The position numbers and the translations under genes were made by a program. A stretch of 64,000 nucleotides of DNA from Geosiphon pyriformis uo1 (taxonomy: Eukaryota; Fungi; Glomeromycota). The stretch covers positions 813,538 to 877,537 of the forward strand of contig JAAOMT010000128.1 of the NCBI GenBank assembly GCA_016748015.1, in the 5' to 3' direction. The notes beneath the pieces were generated by a model. That model saw only the letters and a program-made list of their open reading frames with translations. It was not told the origin of the DNA and did not search any database. Shown one piece after another: positions 12,858 to 26,943 of this stretch (position 1 is its first letter; every line of letters begins with the position of its first letter).

Positions 12858-12859
12858 AA

Positions 12860-13786
12860 TGTTACAAGTAATTCTTTGGAGTGTCGAGTAAATAACAAAC
12901 CCATAACTTAGTGCTCAAGACAATTGGTGACGATGATAATCTGAAGGTATTTTATCTAAAGGTTTTCTAATTGAGTTCTTTGTATAATGGACAGAGATTC
13001 AATGGTCACAGTTTATCAGTAGTTTCCTGAAACCATAGTTTTGTCGATTGCTTGCTCAGCTTGATGGTTGATGATTCTCCTGGTATAATATCCTCCGTAA
13101 ATATATACCAGTGCTGTTTCCTAATGTTAGTTCCTCCATAAGTCTTCCAAGAGTAAGTATTGTTTAAGCAAGTTTATTCCTCCGTAAGTCCTCCAAGAGT
13201 AAATATTTTTTAAGTAAGTTTTATTCTTCTGTAAGTCCTCTAAGAGTAAGTCTTTTAATCAAGTTAGTAGACAACCAAAAAAATAAAGAAAGATAAAAGA
13301 GAAAATAAAAAATAAGCCAAGACAATTTACAAGTTAGTATTCCGTCAATAGCCGTGATCAAGAGCTATTGTTCTAGTATGGTTAAGTATTAGTTACTATC
13401 AACATGAAGTGTTAATAATGAAGAATGAATTTGATATAATAAATAATTATTTATTTGAGGATTGTAGTAACTAAGCTAAAAATTCCTAGTGTTAATTCTT
13501 TTTTTTCTACTTCTAATGCTACTGCTATATATACATATTTAAAATTCCTCAATTCCTCAATTTCTTGCAACAGGAATCCTGGAATTCCTGGAATTCTTTG
13601 ATTCCTGATAAGAGGAATCCTAAAATTCTGGAATTCTGCAATTCCTTGTTGGAGAATCCTGAAATTCCTGGAATCCTGCAATTCCTCTGAAAGGAATTTT
13701 GGAATTCCATATTTACTATATCTATATCTGATTGGCTAATATCTACTGACTAATAATACTATATTTCCTATATTCTATGAGTAACA
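12860..13786 (-). repeat. 5' LTR of gypsy A1
   Basis: 927 bp, TGTTAC...GTAACA, next to the PBS. Confidence 0.95.
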
Positions 13787-16430
13787 ATACACAAATTAAC
13801 AAATTTCTTGTCAGTAAACTTAGAAAGCATATGCAAATTAGAGTGCTATATTTTTGCAGTAGCCAACCAATTTATCTTTTTAATTAACACACTAAAAATT
13901 ATATTATAGTTAAGACCAGTTTTTTAATAAGCATGACAAATAAACTTATAAAAATCATAAACAAAATAATAAACATTGTTTAATATAGTTGTGTTTTTAG
14001 CTACCAAAAAATGTTAGTGTATTTCAATTGGTAAAAAAAAGAGAGTAAGCAGTTTTATCTGTCATCATATCAATTTTAATATTGTCTAAAATTTTTGAGT
14101 AATTTTTAATCTTTACTTATTTAACCAAAAAAATTTTATCTTTAATTAAATTAGCAATATGCTTTTTTTTATTTAGTATTGGTTATAAAAGTTTAGTACA
14201 ACAAACAAAATCTCAAACATATATACATCAATAGCAGTTTGGCTATTTAAATACAAAATTACTGCACAAAAAAATGAAACACATTCTAAGAACAAAGCAA
14301 TAGCCTATAATTTGGCCATAATAGAAAACAAAAACCTATATATTCTAATATTAATACTTATATTTAAAGCTAAAAAGTAAGTTACAGTTTCATTAGTAAT
14401 TTTAACAAAACTAGTATTTTTCAAAAACCCATTTATATATATCTTAATAGTGCTTAATTAAACTTTATGCAAATATTTTTACATGTTAAAAAACTTTTTA
14501 AAGTCCAAAACATTTAAGTCAAATAATCTACTAGTACTAACAAATTTAATTATTAAAAAATCTTTATTACACAAAAACTTTAATACTAGCTTAAACCAGT
14601 AAAATATGGAGTTTTTAGAATTTAATTTTTTTTATTAATGAAATGTTTTTTAGTTTATTATATTGTTTTTTTGTCTAAAAGTCTGTTACTAAATATAAAT
14701 TCAAACCTTTTTAAAAAACAAACTGAACTATGGTATAAAGATTTTCCTAAAATGTTTAACATTAGAAATTTACAGAACTATAAAATACATTGGACATATT
14801 TTTTATTAAAAATAAATTATTGTTCAAAAAAATTTTTATCATTTCAACCAAAAAATTGTTTATTAAATTAATACACAACTTGACAAAAAATTGCAAAAAT
14901 TTAAAAAAGTCTATTTCAGAATCTATAAATCCAAAAATCTGTAATTAAACAAATATCTAAAAATACTCAAAATATTAAAAAAGATAATTACTAAAGCCAA
15001 TTTTTCTTTAGATTGTACTTGTTCAAAAAATTTTAAATTATACAAGAAAAAATAATGCAAAGCTTTATTGAAAAAGTCTTGTGGCAAATTGGCTTTAATT
15101 TTAAAACCTTTTCTAATTATTATGTTTCATTTATAATACATACTTGATAAAACAAAACAAAACTATAACTAATAGCTAACTATAAATTACAAGATAATTA
15201 ATATTAAAATAAAAAAACTGTTTATCTATAATTGTCTTTCTTAATATTATGTTGGCAAAAAACCTAATATTAAAATAAATTTGAACTATATTAGGCTTAA
15301 AAAAATCTTTAGTTAATAGAAAAATCTCCAAATACTTATGTAATTCATCTTTTTTAGCAATTAAAATTAGCAAGCCACTAATTATTAGTAAAGCAGTTTA
15401 ATATCTTAGTTGATAAAAATGGTCATAGTTTTTTTATTATTAATTAAAATTTTATTGATATTAAAAAACTCATTAGCAATATTCAAAATATATTATGTAA
15501 AATTTGGCTACTTTCAATTCAAATTGTATTGTTAACAAAGATACTTACAACAAAAAACAACATTTTTCTTTCATCATCCTTTATTTTGTCAATCTTGGCC
15601 ACAAATCTAGTATTAATTTAGTATTTATATAAATATTTATGTTTTTTGATTTTACACAAAAAAAAATCATAAAAAATTTTTCAAAAAAAAAAAAAAAATC
15701 TTACTTTGATCTAATCTATTATGTATTTTATAACTATTTAAAAGTCTAAAATCCATTAATTGTGTCTTTATATATATTGCCAAAAAACTTAACAAATTGA
15801 CTTTATATCTTAATATATTATAAATTAGCTCTTAAATATTATTTTACTAAATCATAAGTTTTGTGCATATTTTACAAGACTAACCAAAGCTTTTTATTCT
15901 TTTTTAGAGTATTTTCAACTACTAATCCAATAGTAAAAATAAAAAACTGAGTTGAAATATCTTTTAACATCAAAGAATTATTACTATAAAGAGCATTAAA
16001 TCTATTACATGTCAAGAAAATCTGATTAAAAAGAATTTTAGATAAAATTTTCTTAATTATTTTAATCAATACAATAAATCAAATATTCATTAAAATACCA
16101 TCTTATTTATAAAACTTGAGAATCATTGAAATCTATGCTCTCTTTCAAAAAACCAAAACATTGCCTAAAAACAAACAAAAATTTAACAAATTCAAAAGAT
16201 ACTTTATAATAATTTTATTATAATACTTTCAAAGCTTATTTAATATTCTAAACAGCTTAATAGTTTTATTATCAGACAAACTATTAATTATTAAAATCAA
16301 TTTTTTCATGTTAATCTCTTTTATTATACTAATTAATCTCGAAAATATTCTCTAACATTTAAAATTAATAGTTATAATAGAACAATAATTAAATCTAAAC
16401 ATTTAATTTATTATTATCATAATATTTTTT
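13787..16430 (-). mobile_element. LINE copy 2 continued (RNase H and RT remnants)
   Basis: Colinear with 58085-60039. Decayed RT text such as KILSKILFNQI, LWLVL and FVN(D)NTI. Right limit approximate. Confidence 0.7.
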
Positions 16431-17263
16431 TAATAATACATAAACATAAAAACAAAAATAGTAAATAATTAAAAGAAAAACCCAAAACCAAAAAGATATA
16501 AAAATCTTATACCCAAAATATTTCTTTATTTTTCAAATTTTTTTCAAATTTTAGTTTTAATTTAATTACTTTTATTATGATTATTCTTTAAAACATTTAA
16601 TAAATATCTCAAAAATTAATAATAGCATTAAAAACACTTTTTAACTTATCCATAATAATCAATAAAAGTCAAATTAATTATATTTAAAAGAAAACTATAA
16701 TGTAAATAGTAAATAATTTCCAGAATTATCATTTTTATAGAAGGAATACAAGAAGTTTCTCTGAAATTCAATTGTCAAAATTTTTGAAACAAGCTTTTAA
16801 AAAAATCTTTTATTTGCCTTTATTGATATTTTACCAAATTTCACAACTTAAAAAAAACTTTAACTATAGATTAATAAATAAAGCCATGAATATATTTCTA
16901 TTTTTAAATATTTTCATATTGAAAGAACATTTTATAATCAAAAACTAGAACTTAAAACAATCAATTTTACTTCTAAAATAATATAAAAACAAATTTACAA
17001 TAAATTCAAAACAGCAGTTAAATCAACAAATACTTATTACAAACTTAGAACAGCTTTTAAACTCTATAACTTATTTAATACTTGCAAAAATATTTTACAA
17101 AATCTAATATTTCAACCAATAAAAATTCAATATATTGGCAAATTTACAGAATAAAAATTTAAACAATTTTCAGACCAAATTATTTCAATTATTTTAGATC
17201 ACTATTTCAATATTACAAATAGTGTTTGGACTTTGATGAAGCTCAGTTTTAAAAAAGAGATTA

Positions 17264-18242
17264 TGTTATTAGTAAAATTTTAGTCATTAATTAGCATAAA
17301 ATTACCTTATAATTTTTATTATTAATTAGCATATATTATTATTATTTAAATTATTATTTATTATTTAATCAAAAATTATCAAAAATTACTATTTAATTAA
17401 TAATTTAATTTGTACAATAAAAATTAGAATAATCAAATTACACAATATACTAAATCATATAATATTTAAAAATTCAATGAAATTTGTAGAAATTTATTAA
17501 AATAATGAATAATTTACTGAAATAGTTAATAGCTCAATAAAATAATTTGTAGTTTGTTAAAATATATCTTTATTTATTAAAATTATAGCAAAAAGAAAAA
17601 ATTCAAGTTCACAAATTAGTACTACAACAAGTTATATAAAAAAAAGCTTCTCTTTTCAAGAAAATATATTTTATTTTTTTTTGAATTATTTTATCTTGGA
17701 ATTATTTTTCTTAAAACAAATTTCTCAGTACAAATTAAATAAAAATTAGAAACACTTGAAAAACACAAATTTATTAATTAAGTATACTTGAAAGTCTTCA
17801 AATTTCAACTAATGTTTTAAAATTAATTAGTTACTAATTTTAATAATTCGTTAGTAACTTTAGACATAGACAAAAAACAATTCTCTTAGTGAAATTCTAT
17901 TTCTTTACATTTTTTTTATTTTTTTTTATTTTTTTTATTATAATTATTAGAGTAGTTTACAGATAAAATTTTTGTAAAAAAGTTAACTTTTACAGCAAAA
18001 TAATTATATATTTTAGTAAGCTTTTAGATAAGCAATTTTTAAGAAAAAGTTAATTTTTACTACAAAGTAACTATATAAAACAACTAACATAGAATTGGTT
18101 ATTCTACAGCTGTTTAAATTATAAAAGATAATTTGAAAATAAATTTAGTTATCAGAGATTTACTAGCTTTCAATAAATGTGAATTAACAACAAACTAATA
18201 TTAACAACATTCAAAAAAAGAGACCAAAAACTTCTAATAACA
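17264..18242 (+). repeat. Family-B LTR (3' LTR of a truncated element inserted into the gag of element C1)
   Basis: Homologous to 29665-30635. Preceded by ...LDFDEAQF* and a purine tract (AAAAAAGAGA). Followed directly by mid-gag sequence with no PBS. Confidence 0.75.
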
Positions 18243-21200
18243 ACACTTAAACAAATTTTTATCACTCAAATTATGGCTTATAAAGACATTACTAGACTGG
18301 AAAAATTTTTTGGTAAAGAAGACAATGTATATACATGGATTATAAAAGCTAAAAAAGTAATTAGAGCCAATAATTAAAACAAAACCAAAACAATCTAAGC
18401 TCTATCTTTCTTTTTAACTAAAATTACAAATTCATAATACCAAATTCTTGATAAAAAACCAACTGACTTTGCCATTTTCAAACTTTTTTTTTACAGTATT
18501 TTTGTAATTTAAATATGTTTATTAAATTACAAAATTAATTCAATATAATAAAACAAAAAAATTACAAAGCTATAACTACTTATCTTAAGGATTTAATTAA
18601 ATTTTTCACCAAATTCAGACAATTAAAAAAAACTATTACATCTTAGATTAAATTTTTAACTAATTTATTAAAAAATTAAAAAACAGTATTTTTTAATTTG
18701 TTAAACTCTAACATTTTGACAACTTACAAGAAACAGTAATACTGGTTTATAATTTCGAATCAACAAAACAAAAAGCCAATTATATCCAACCTATCAATTT
18801 AACCATAAATAAAATCTCTAATATTATGTAAAGCTTATTCAATTAAGTAAAAAATTAACTTAGAAAATTAAAACTTTTTTTGTTAAAAGTACAAAAACTT
18901 ATTAGTTATTACAATATAGAAAAAATACCAATAAATATCAACAATAGCAACATTGTTAACAACAATAACAATCTTAAAAACAAGATTTCTATAATTATTA
19001 ATATTGTCAAAATTTTGGTTATATTATAAAAGATTGCTGCAAAAAACTATTAAATCAGAATTGTGAAAATTAATATTAGTAATAACTCAGATATTCACAA
19101 TCTACAGAATTTTAATGGGCTTTGTCTTTATATTAACAATTTCAATACTTTTTTTAATTACTGCAGAATTATTATTAACACTTATAAGCAATATTACAAA
19201 CACTATTTCAGTACTAAGTTTTATTATATAACAATTCAAAACTCTAAATTATTGACTATAATTAAGAATAGCAAAGCAACAATAAAAACCAAACTCAAAT
19301 TGCTACAGTACTGCTTTAAACTATAAATTATAGTAACTTAATATCCAACAGAATATTCAAACCAGATTTTATATTTTAATCTTACAAAAACTCCAAATTT
19401 TAATAATGTCTGTATTTTTAAAAGAAAAAACTATAGTTAAAATTACCAATTCTTTTTTTCTTAACAACAATTAAACTATCTTCAATATAATTTTTTCTGC
19501 CACAATTATTAAAAATAACACACTTGTTACCATATTTTTATTCAATATTAACAGTCTAAATCTTACTGATTTCTTTAGTAAAACTGCTATTAACCAAAAC
19601 AAACTAATTATAACAATATATACTAATTTTAAAATTGGACAAATAAACATTAAACTAATACTTAAAAGTAGATTAGCAGATAGCATAATTATAAAACAAT
19701 TTATAAATTAATTAAGTTATTAAGTGAATTGTATAATACTACCAAAATAATTACTATAGATAAAAATATTAAAACATTAATAGAAAAAATTAAATATTTT
19801 CTTTTTAAAATTAATAGAATTAAAACTTTAATTAAAATACTTATTATAGAAGCCACTTAGTATTAAGATCTTATAAAAAATAATTAGTTAACTAAAATTT
19901 ATGTTATATTTAACTGAAATACCTAAAAATTCTAAATTATATATAACAGATAATATACTAAAATACTTGTTACATATGAATATTTTAGAAAAACAGTCTT
20001 AAAACAATCTCTAATTGAATTCAAAAAACCTATTTTCTAGCTAATTTTGAAAATTTATCAAGTTTTTTGAGCTAACAATTTTAGAACAAAGCTATCACCA
20101 CTTTTTACATGAAAAAAAAAAGACAAAAAAAAGCTAACAAAAAACCATAATCATTAATATTAGTTTATTTAACTTTAAATTAAAAAAATCAATTATATTA
20201 ACTTTAAAATTAATTTGTGTTAATTGTAAAAAGAAATTATTCTCAATAGTTACATATATTAAAAACAATAAAGTATAACCAATCACTACCAGATATTATT
20301 ATTGTTTTTGTGTACTAAAATAATTTAAATAACCAAAACAGCAAAACAAATAAAATAAAATATTATGTCTTATATGTGATAAAATTTTATTAGATAAAAA
20401 ACTATGGAATAATGTTTTTAGTAAAAGAAAAACATATAACAAATTCTGCCAATACACTATTTTAATTAATAATTAGACCAAAAAAAGAATTTTATTTGCT
20501 GTAGCTTATAATTAAACAATAAACTGTTTGATATTTATATTTTTTTAATGAAAAAAAATTTGAAAAATAGCTATTATAAAATAAAAAGATATCATAATTG
20601 AAGAAATACACACCATAAAAAATACTTCAATAACTATAGAAAATATAAATAATTTATTTATTAATAATTCTAAAGCATTTTAAGACTGGTATTAAGAACT
20701 TGTTTCTATCCAAAAAAAACAAAAACAAAGACTAACTAATTTTAATACAAAACTATATAATTATTGTTTGATTTTTTGTCATTTTCAGTACTATAATAAG
20801 TGTAATTTTTTGTTTAATCCACTTTTATAAACATTTTACTTCATTTTTAAACTTAAAAAACCTGAGAAAAAGTATGTATTAGCAATAAAAAACATAATAT
20901 TTCAAAAGTTAAGTATAACTACTAAAATAGAATAGTATCTTATCTATTTTAATTTTTCCAAAAAATTAAGACTGAAGTAATACAACAACAATAATAAAGA
21001 AATATAATTTAAAAAAATACATGCAAATAATACTGAATTTAATTTAAAGTACTTTAGATATTTTCTTGTAGTTATAATATTTTGTTCTCTTATAAAAATA
21101 AATCTAAAACTAGTTTTAAAAATTTTTATTAGTATTATAATCCAAATTACATTCTGGTTTAATCTTATAAACAAAAAAATTGATGTTAAAAAAGACATAA

Positions 21201-24200
21201 TTAATGCTAAATATATTAAAAATATAATCATAATACTTTAAACCAATTTTAATAAGTTTTATATAATCAAATTTTAAGAAAAAATTACATAAATTATTTT
21301 TCTATTTTTTGTAAAAATTTCTTAACTAATTTCAGTAATTAGATAAAAAAAATTAGGTCTTACTACTCAAAAAATTTAAGGATTTGAGTCAAGTAGAAAA
21401 AGAAATATACAGATTAATTTTGTAGAAAATACCAGTAATAAAGTAAAATTTATCTATACTAATACTATTATTTCTATTCTTTTATATTAACAATATATTT
21501 TAAAAGTTAATCACAAAATTTAGAACCAAGTTTTATTATTCAAAGTGGCAACAGAAATCTGTTTTTTAGCCAATATTACAAATCTATATATACTTGCCAA
21601 AGCTTACAAATATTTCAAAATTCTCATTTACAATTCTATTAAATATGTTATTAAGATTTTCAAAAGAACTCTTATTGAGTCCATTTTTTTGAATATTTAA
21701 AATTCCAAAAAACTCCAATTTATTCCAAATTTTGCACAACTGTTTTTATTTTGTAATATTACTTTACAAATATAGAATCTGCCAAAAAAAAACTACTTAT
21801 TTATAACAAAAAAATTTAATAAACTAAACTTGAGAAATTTAAGTACTTTATAGCAAATACAACTTAAAGTTTTTTTAAACCAATACACTAATATTTTTAT
21901 TAGTAAAAATAAATTCGAATGTACAGATATTATGAAGCATAAGATTAACACAAAAAATACCAAACTTATTATATAATAAGTCTACTAAGTAACCTCAGTT
22001 AATAATAATTTGATTAAAAAAAAAATACAATGAATATTAGATAACAGATTAATCAAAAAATTGCCAAGTCTCTGGTTTTTATTTATTATATTGGTTATTA
22101 AAAAAATGAAAAAATCTATTTTTGCATAAACTATTAAAAACTTAACAATATAATTTAAAAAAATAGTTATTTAATTTTTCTTATTTAGAAAATTCCAAAT
22201 AATTTAGAAAATAAAAAATGATTTTTATTTTTAAATTTAGCCAGTGAATATTAGCAAAACAAAATAAATTTTTTAAACAAAAAAAATAGCATTCATTATT
22301 CAAGATAGAAATTTCGAATTCAATATAATGTTTTTTAGACTTTGTAATACTTCAGTTATTTTTAACATCTTATAAATGTCATATACAAGAAATTTTTTTG
22401 GAAATTAGTTGTAGTATACTTAGATAATATAAATATATTTTTTGAAATCTTTAATAATTATTTGTATTATTTTCAACAAAACTTTAATTGCTTTCAGAAT
22501 TTAAAACTAAAACTTAATCTTAACAAATGTTTTTTTGGAAAAACTGAACTAAAATTCCTGAGATATGTCATCAAAAAAAACAGAATAAAACCAGATCCTG
22601 ACAAAATTTAAAAGATTAAGGATTTTTCTGCTCCAACCAATTTACAAAAACTAAAAATTTTTTTAAACTGGTTAAATACTACTGCTAATTTGTTAAAGAC
22701 TTTTTTAATATTGTCAAATCTTTTTATTACTTATTGTTGAAACATGTTTTATATCTATAAAAAGCCAATTAGCAAGAGGCTTTTAATTATCTTAAATAAT
22801 AATTTATAAAAACACCAATTCTAATTTACTTAAATTTTAATAATACTTTATTATTGTTATAAATATTTCAAAAAATATACTAAAAGCTGTTTTATTACAA
22901 ATTAGACTTGATAATTAAAAACATCTAATTGTTTACACCAGTTGTAATACTAATATTATTAAGAAAATATATAGTATTTCTGATTTAAAATATTTTGCTA
23001 TTTATTAAGTTATATAAAACTGATAATATTATTTTTATTAATTATTTAATATATATTAATTACAAAGAACTTATTTGATTACTTAACAAACCACAACTTA
23101 AAAAAAAATATACAAGATAGAATACTTATTTGCAGCATTTTTTATACAAAATATATTATAAAAAAGAAGCTAAAAACACTAATACTAACAATTTGTTAAA
23201 AATAACTTAAATCTAATCTCAGACTAATAGATATAGCCATTTACTAATAACTATATTAATATCTATTAACACTTTAATTTAAAGAGAAACTGTCTTAATA
23301 AGAACAAAGTACTATATAAAAACAAGCTTGAAATTGTTTTTTACAAGACAACCAATTATATTACTAAAAATGCCAAAATTACAATACATTACAATAAGTT
23401 ATAAAAAATAATAAAAAACAATTATTTTGTTTAATATGTATTTTAATTTGACAACAAAACACTTCAACAAAAATGCTATCTTAAAAAAAACAATTAATCT
23501 ATATTATTGGCCAATAATATATAAGAATATTTTTGAATATATTCTTAATTGTAACTTCTGTCAAAAAAAAGAAAGAACCAGAATAACAAAACTATTTTGA
23601 TTCATACCAGTTAGAAATTTATTTAATAAAATTGGAATTAATTTGGTTGGACTTTTTTTAATTACTTTTAAAAAAAATTGCTTTATTATTATAACTATAG
23701 AATATTTTATTAAATAGCTTAAAGTTAAAACTATTTAAGTAGCAAATGCCAAAACAGTAATTGAATTTATACATCAAAATTTAATCTGCCAATATAGATG
23801 TCCAAAAAATTATTATTTAATCAAAAAACTTATTTTGTTAATAGCATACTTGCCAAATTAAGCTAATAATTTAGAATAAAATAACTATTATTATTATTAT
23901 ATTACTTTTAAACAAATAGACTACTAAAATAATTTAATTAAATATTATATAAAACATTAGCAAAAATAAGTTATAAAAATACATAAAAATAGGATTTATT
24001 TATACTTTTAATATTATTTGCATACTAAATATTAAAGCAAAATATTATCTAATTTATATTATTTAAACTATTTTATAAAAAAAAAGCCACACTATCTATT
24101 AAACAAAAAATACTTTTTTTTTTAACAAAAACAATTATCAAAAAAGATTTTGAAGTTATTTTGTACCAAAAAACATATTAGTTAATAAAAATATTAAAAA

Positions 24201-24215
24201 ACAATTATAAAACAC

Positions 24216-25173
24216 TATTACCGGAGGTTTTTGGTCTCTTCTTAGCTTTTGTATGTTGGTTGTAATACTGTTAATTCACGACTATGGGAAGTGTTTGAAC
24301 CTCCGATAACTGAATTTATCTTCAAATTATTTCCTATAATTTGAACTGCTGGGCTTATAAGTGGAATAGCCAATTTTGTGCCAGTTATTTTATATAGTTA
24401 CGTTGTAATAAACGTCAACTCTTTCCTAGGAATTGCTCATCTGAAAGCTCACTAAAAATGTGTAGTTACTTTGCTGTGAAAGTTAACTCTTTTATAGGAA
24501 TCTTGTCTGTAGGCTACCCTAATGATTGTAATAAGAAAAAGAAAAGAAAAAGAAAAGAAATGTAAAAGGAATAGAATTTTATCAAGAGAAACGTTTTTCT
24601 ATCCAGGCCTGGAGTCACTAACAGTTTTATTGAAATTGGTAGCTAATCAATTTCAAAACTGTTTTAGTAGGAATTGGTTAATTTCACAAGAGAAAATGAT
24701 TAAGGATTTGATTTTTCGAATTATTTGATATTTATTTTGTTTTTGTGTGTGTAAAGGATAATTCTAATTGTTAAATCTGAAGTAAGATACATTTTCTCAA
24801 AGAGAGAAGCTCTTCTTTTATACAACTTGTCATAACACTATTCTATAAACTTGAACTTTGTTCTTTTCTACAATTTTGTTGAACTAAGGCTATATTTCGG
24901 CGAACTACAAGTTATTTCTATGAACTATTAGATATTTTGGCAAATTTCTACAAATTTCGGCGAACTTTTTGAATGTTACATAGTTCGGGGTATTGCATGA
25001 TTGATCATTGCAATTAGGTTACATTTGTGTTATATACAAATTGGGTTATTAATTAAATGATAATTTCGGATATTTTGCTAATGTAATAAGTGATAATTTA
25101 AAATGCTAATTAATGATAAGAATTATAAGGGTAATTTCATGCTAAACAATATCTCTAATTTCGTCTGGTAACA
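24216..25173 (-). mobile_element. Solo LTR, family B, inside the C1 integrase
   Basis: T(A)TTACC...GGTAACA flanked by ACAC/ACAC TSD; integrase sequence resumes after it. Confidence 0.9.
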
Positions 25174-26307
25174 ACACCAATTAACAATATTAATAATGCT
25201 TAAGAACAACAGAAAAAAAAATATAATAATTGCTTATTAGATTAATCAGTTAAATTTAAGATTAAAGACCAAATTTTATTACATTATATTAAAATTAAAA
25301 AACAGTGAAATAGAAAATATGATTTGAAATAGAATAAATTATATCACATATACAAAGTTTTAGACAATAAAACTTACAAATTGCAATTGCAAAACAAGAT
25401 TTTAAAGAAATTTATATATAAAAATTGTCTAAAAATTTATTATACAACACAAAAATTGTTATTATTTATATCTTAATTAGGAACACAAATTTCATTAATT
25501 AGACCAAAAAATATATTACAAGATCTAAAACCAATTATTATCATCAAACACAATTTATGTATAATAATTTAAATCATATAAAATAAATATATAAATATCA
25601 AAAAAACAAAAAAAAAAGTTAATAATACTCTTAATATAAACTTTTTAAACAAAATTTTGAAACTTTTATAACAATTTTTTAAAACAATTTAACAATCTAC
25701 AACACCAATAAAAATTAAAATTAATAGAAAAAAAATATAATACAGAAATATAAGTAAGAAAAAAATAAACAAGAATTTAATTAGAACTAAATATTTTCAT
25801 CTTTATAAACAATTAAAAAAAAATATATATATGGTCTTATATGTTCAAAAAAATAAAAAAAGCTTTAAACAAGTTAGCTATAAAACCAAACATAAAAGAT
25901 TAAACATTAAAAATCTTCAAAGCTTGGAAAAAAAATTTCTATTAATTTACTGGTTTTTTAAAATTGGTAAAAAACTAAACTTATAAACACTATACTTAGA
26001 CATTAATAAATAAATATTCAACAGAAAAACTTTTAAACAAGTAAAAAAATTTGTTGAAAAAAACAACTTAATACTATATTACAAAGCAATATACTAACTA
26101 TATTTAGTATTTAAATGGTATTTAGCCATACTATTAAACAATTTATTAAAGACTATTACAATTAATAACATAGAATAAATGACAAATTTACAATTTAAAA
26201 ATCTATAAAAACAATACTTAACACAATAATTGAATATTATACCAAAAAAACAATTTTTACAAATACATATAATTTTGTAAAAACTCAATTTTAAAAGAAA
26301 AAGATAA

Positions 26308-26890
26308 TATTATTTAAGTAAAAAATTCAATCTAAAACTATTAAAAAAACATGATTAACATATAATAACATAAAAAACGTAATAATATAAAATAATACAT
26401 AATAATACATAATAATTTAGAATAATATAAAGTAATACACAATAATATAAAATAGTACAGAATAACTAGTTATAATATAAAATAATTAATTATAATATAA
26501 AAAAATAAAATAATAACAAAAATAGCAAACAATAACTAGTAATAAAAAATAATTGAAAACAATCTTATAAAACTAAAAAATATGTATAAAAATAAGTAGT
26601 TTTAGCAGATAAAAAAAATAGAAAACAAAAACTTATTTTTTTAAAAACATATCTTAGATTTAAACTTAATAAAACTCTTTTATCTTATTTTTTTTACATT
26701 TTTTTATTTATTATTAAATAAAAATATTATTCAATCTATTTATATATAATTACAGAATTTGTGTTATTAAAATTAAATTAATTATTTCTCTTATTTTTAT
26801 TCCAGACCAGATGCTATTAGTATTAACAGCTTTAAAATTCTAACAACTTGAACCAATTGTTTTTGATTATAATAATTGATAATACTAATT

Positions 26891-26943
<53 letters not shown>

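Larger units (their letters stand above)
3466..13786 (-). mobile_element. Full-length Ty3/gypsy LTR retrotransposon (family A, copy A1), inactivated by point mutations
   Basis: Two 927-bp LTRs bounded by TGTTAC...GTAACA. PBS and PPT present. Order gag-PR-RT-RH-IN. TSD ATGC (3462-3465) / ATAC (13787-13790); the 4-bp size is supported by aligning the empty paralogous LINE site at ~58070-58095. Confidence 0.95.

Noticed and set aside
26893-26942. Poly(T) as the tail of a retrocopy or SINE
   Set aside because: It lies inside LTR C and aligns with an A-rich tract in the sister LTR; simple slippage expansion.
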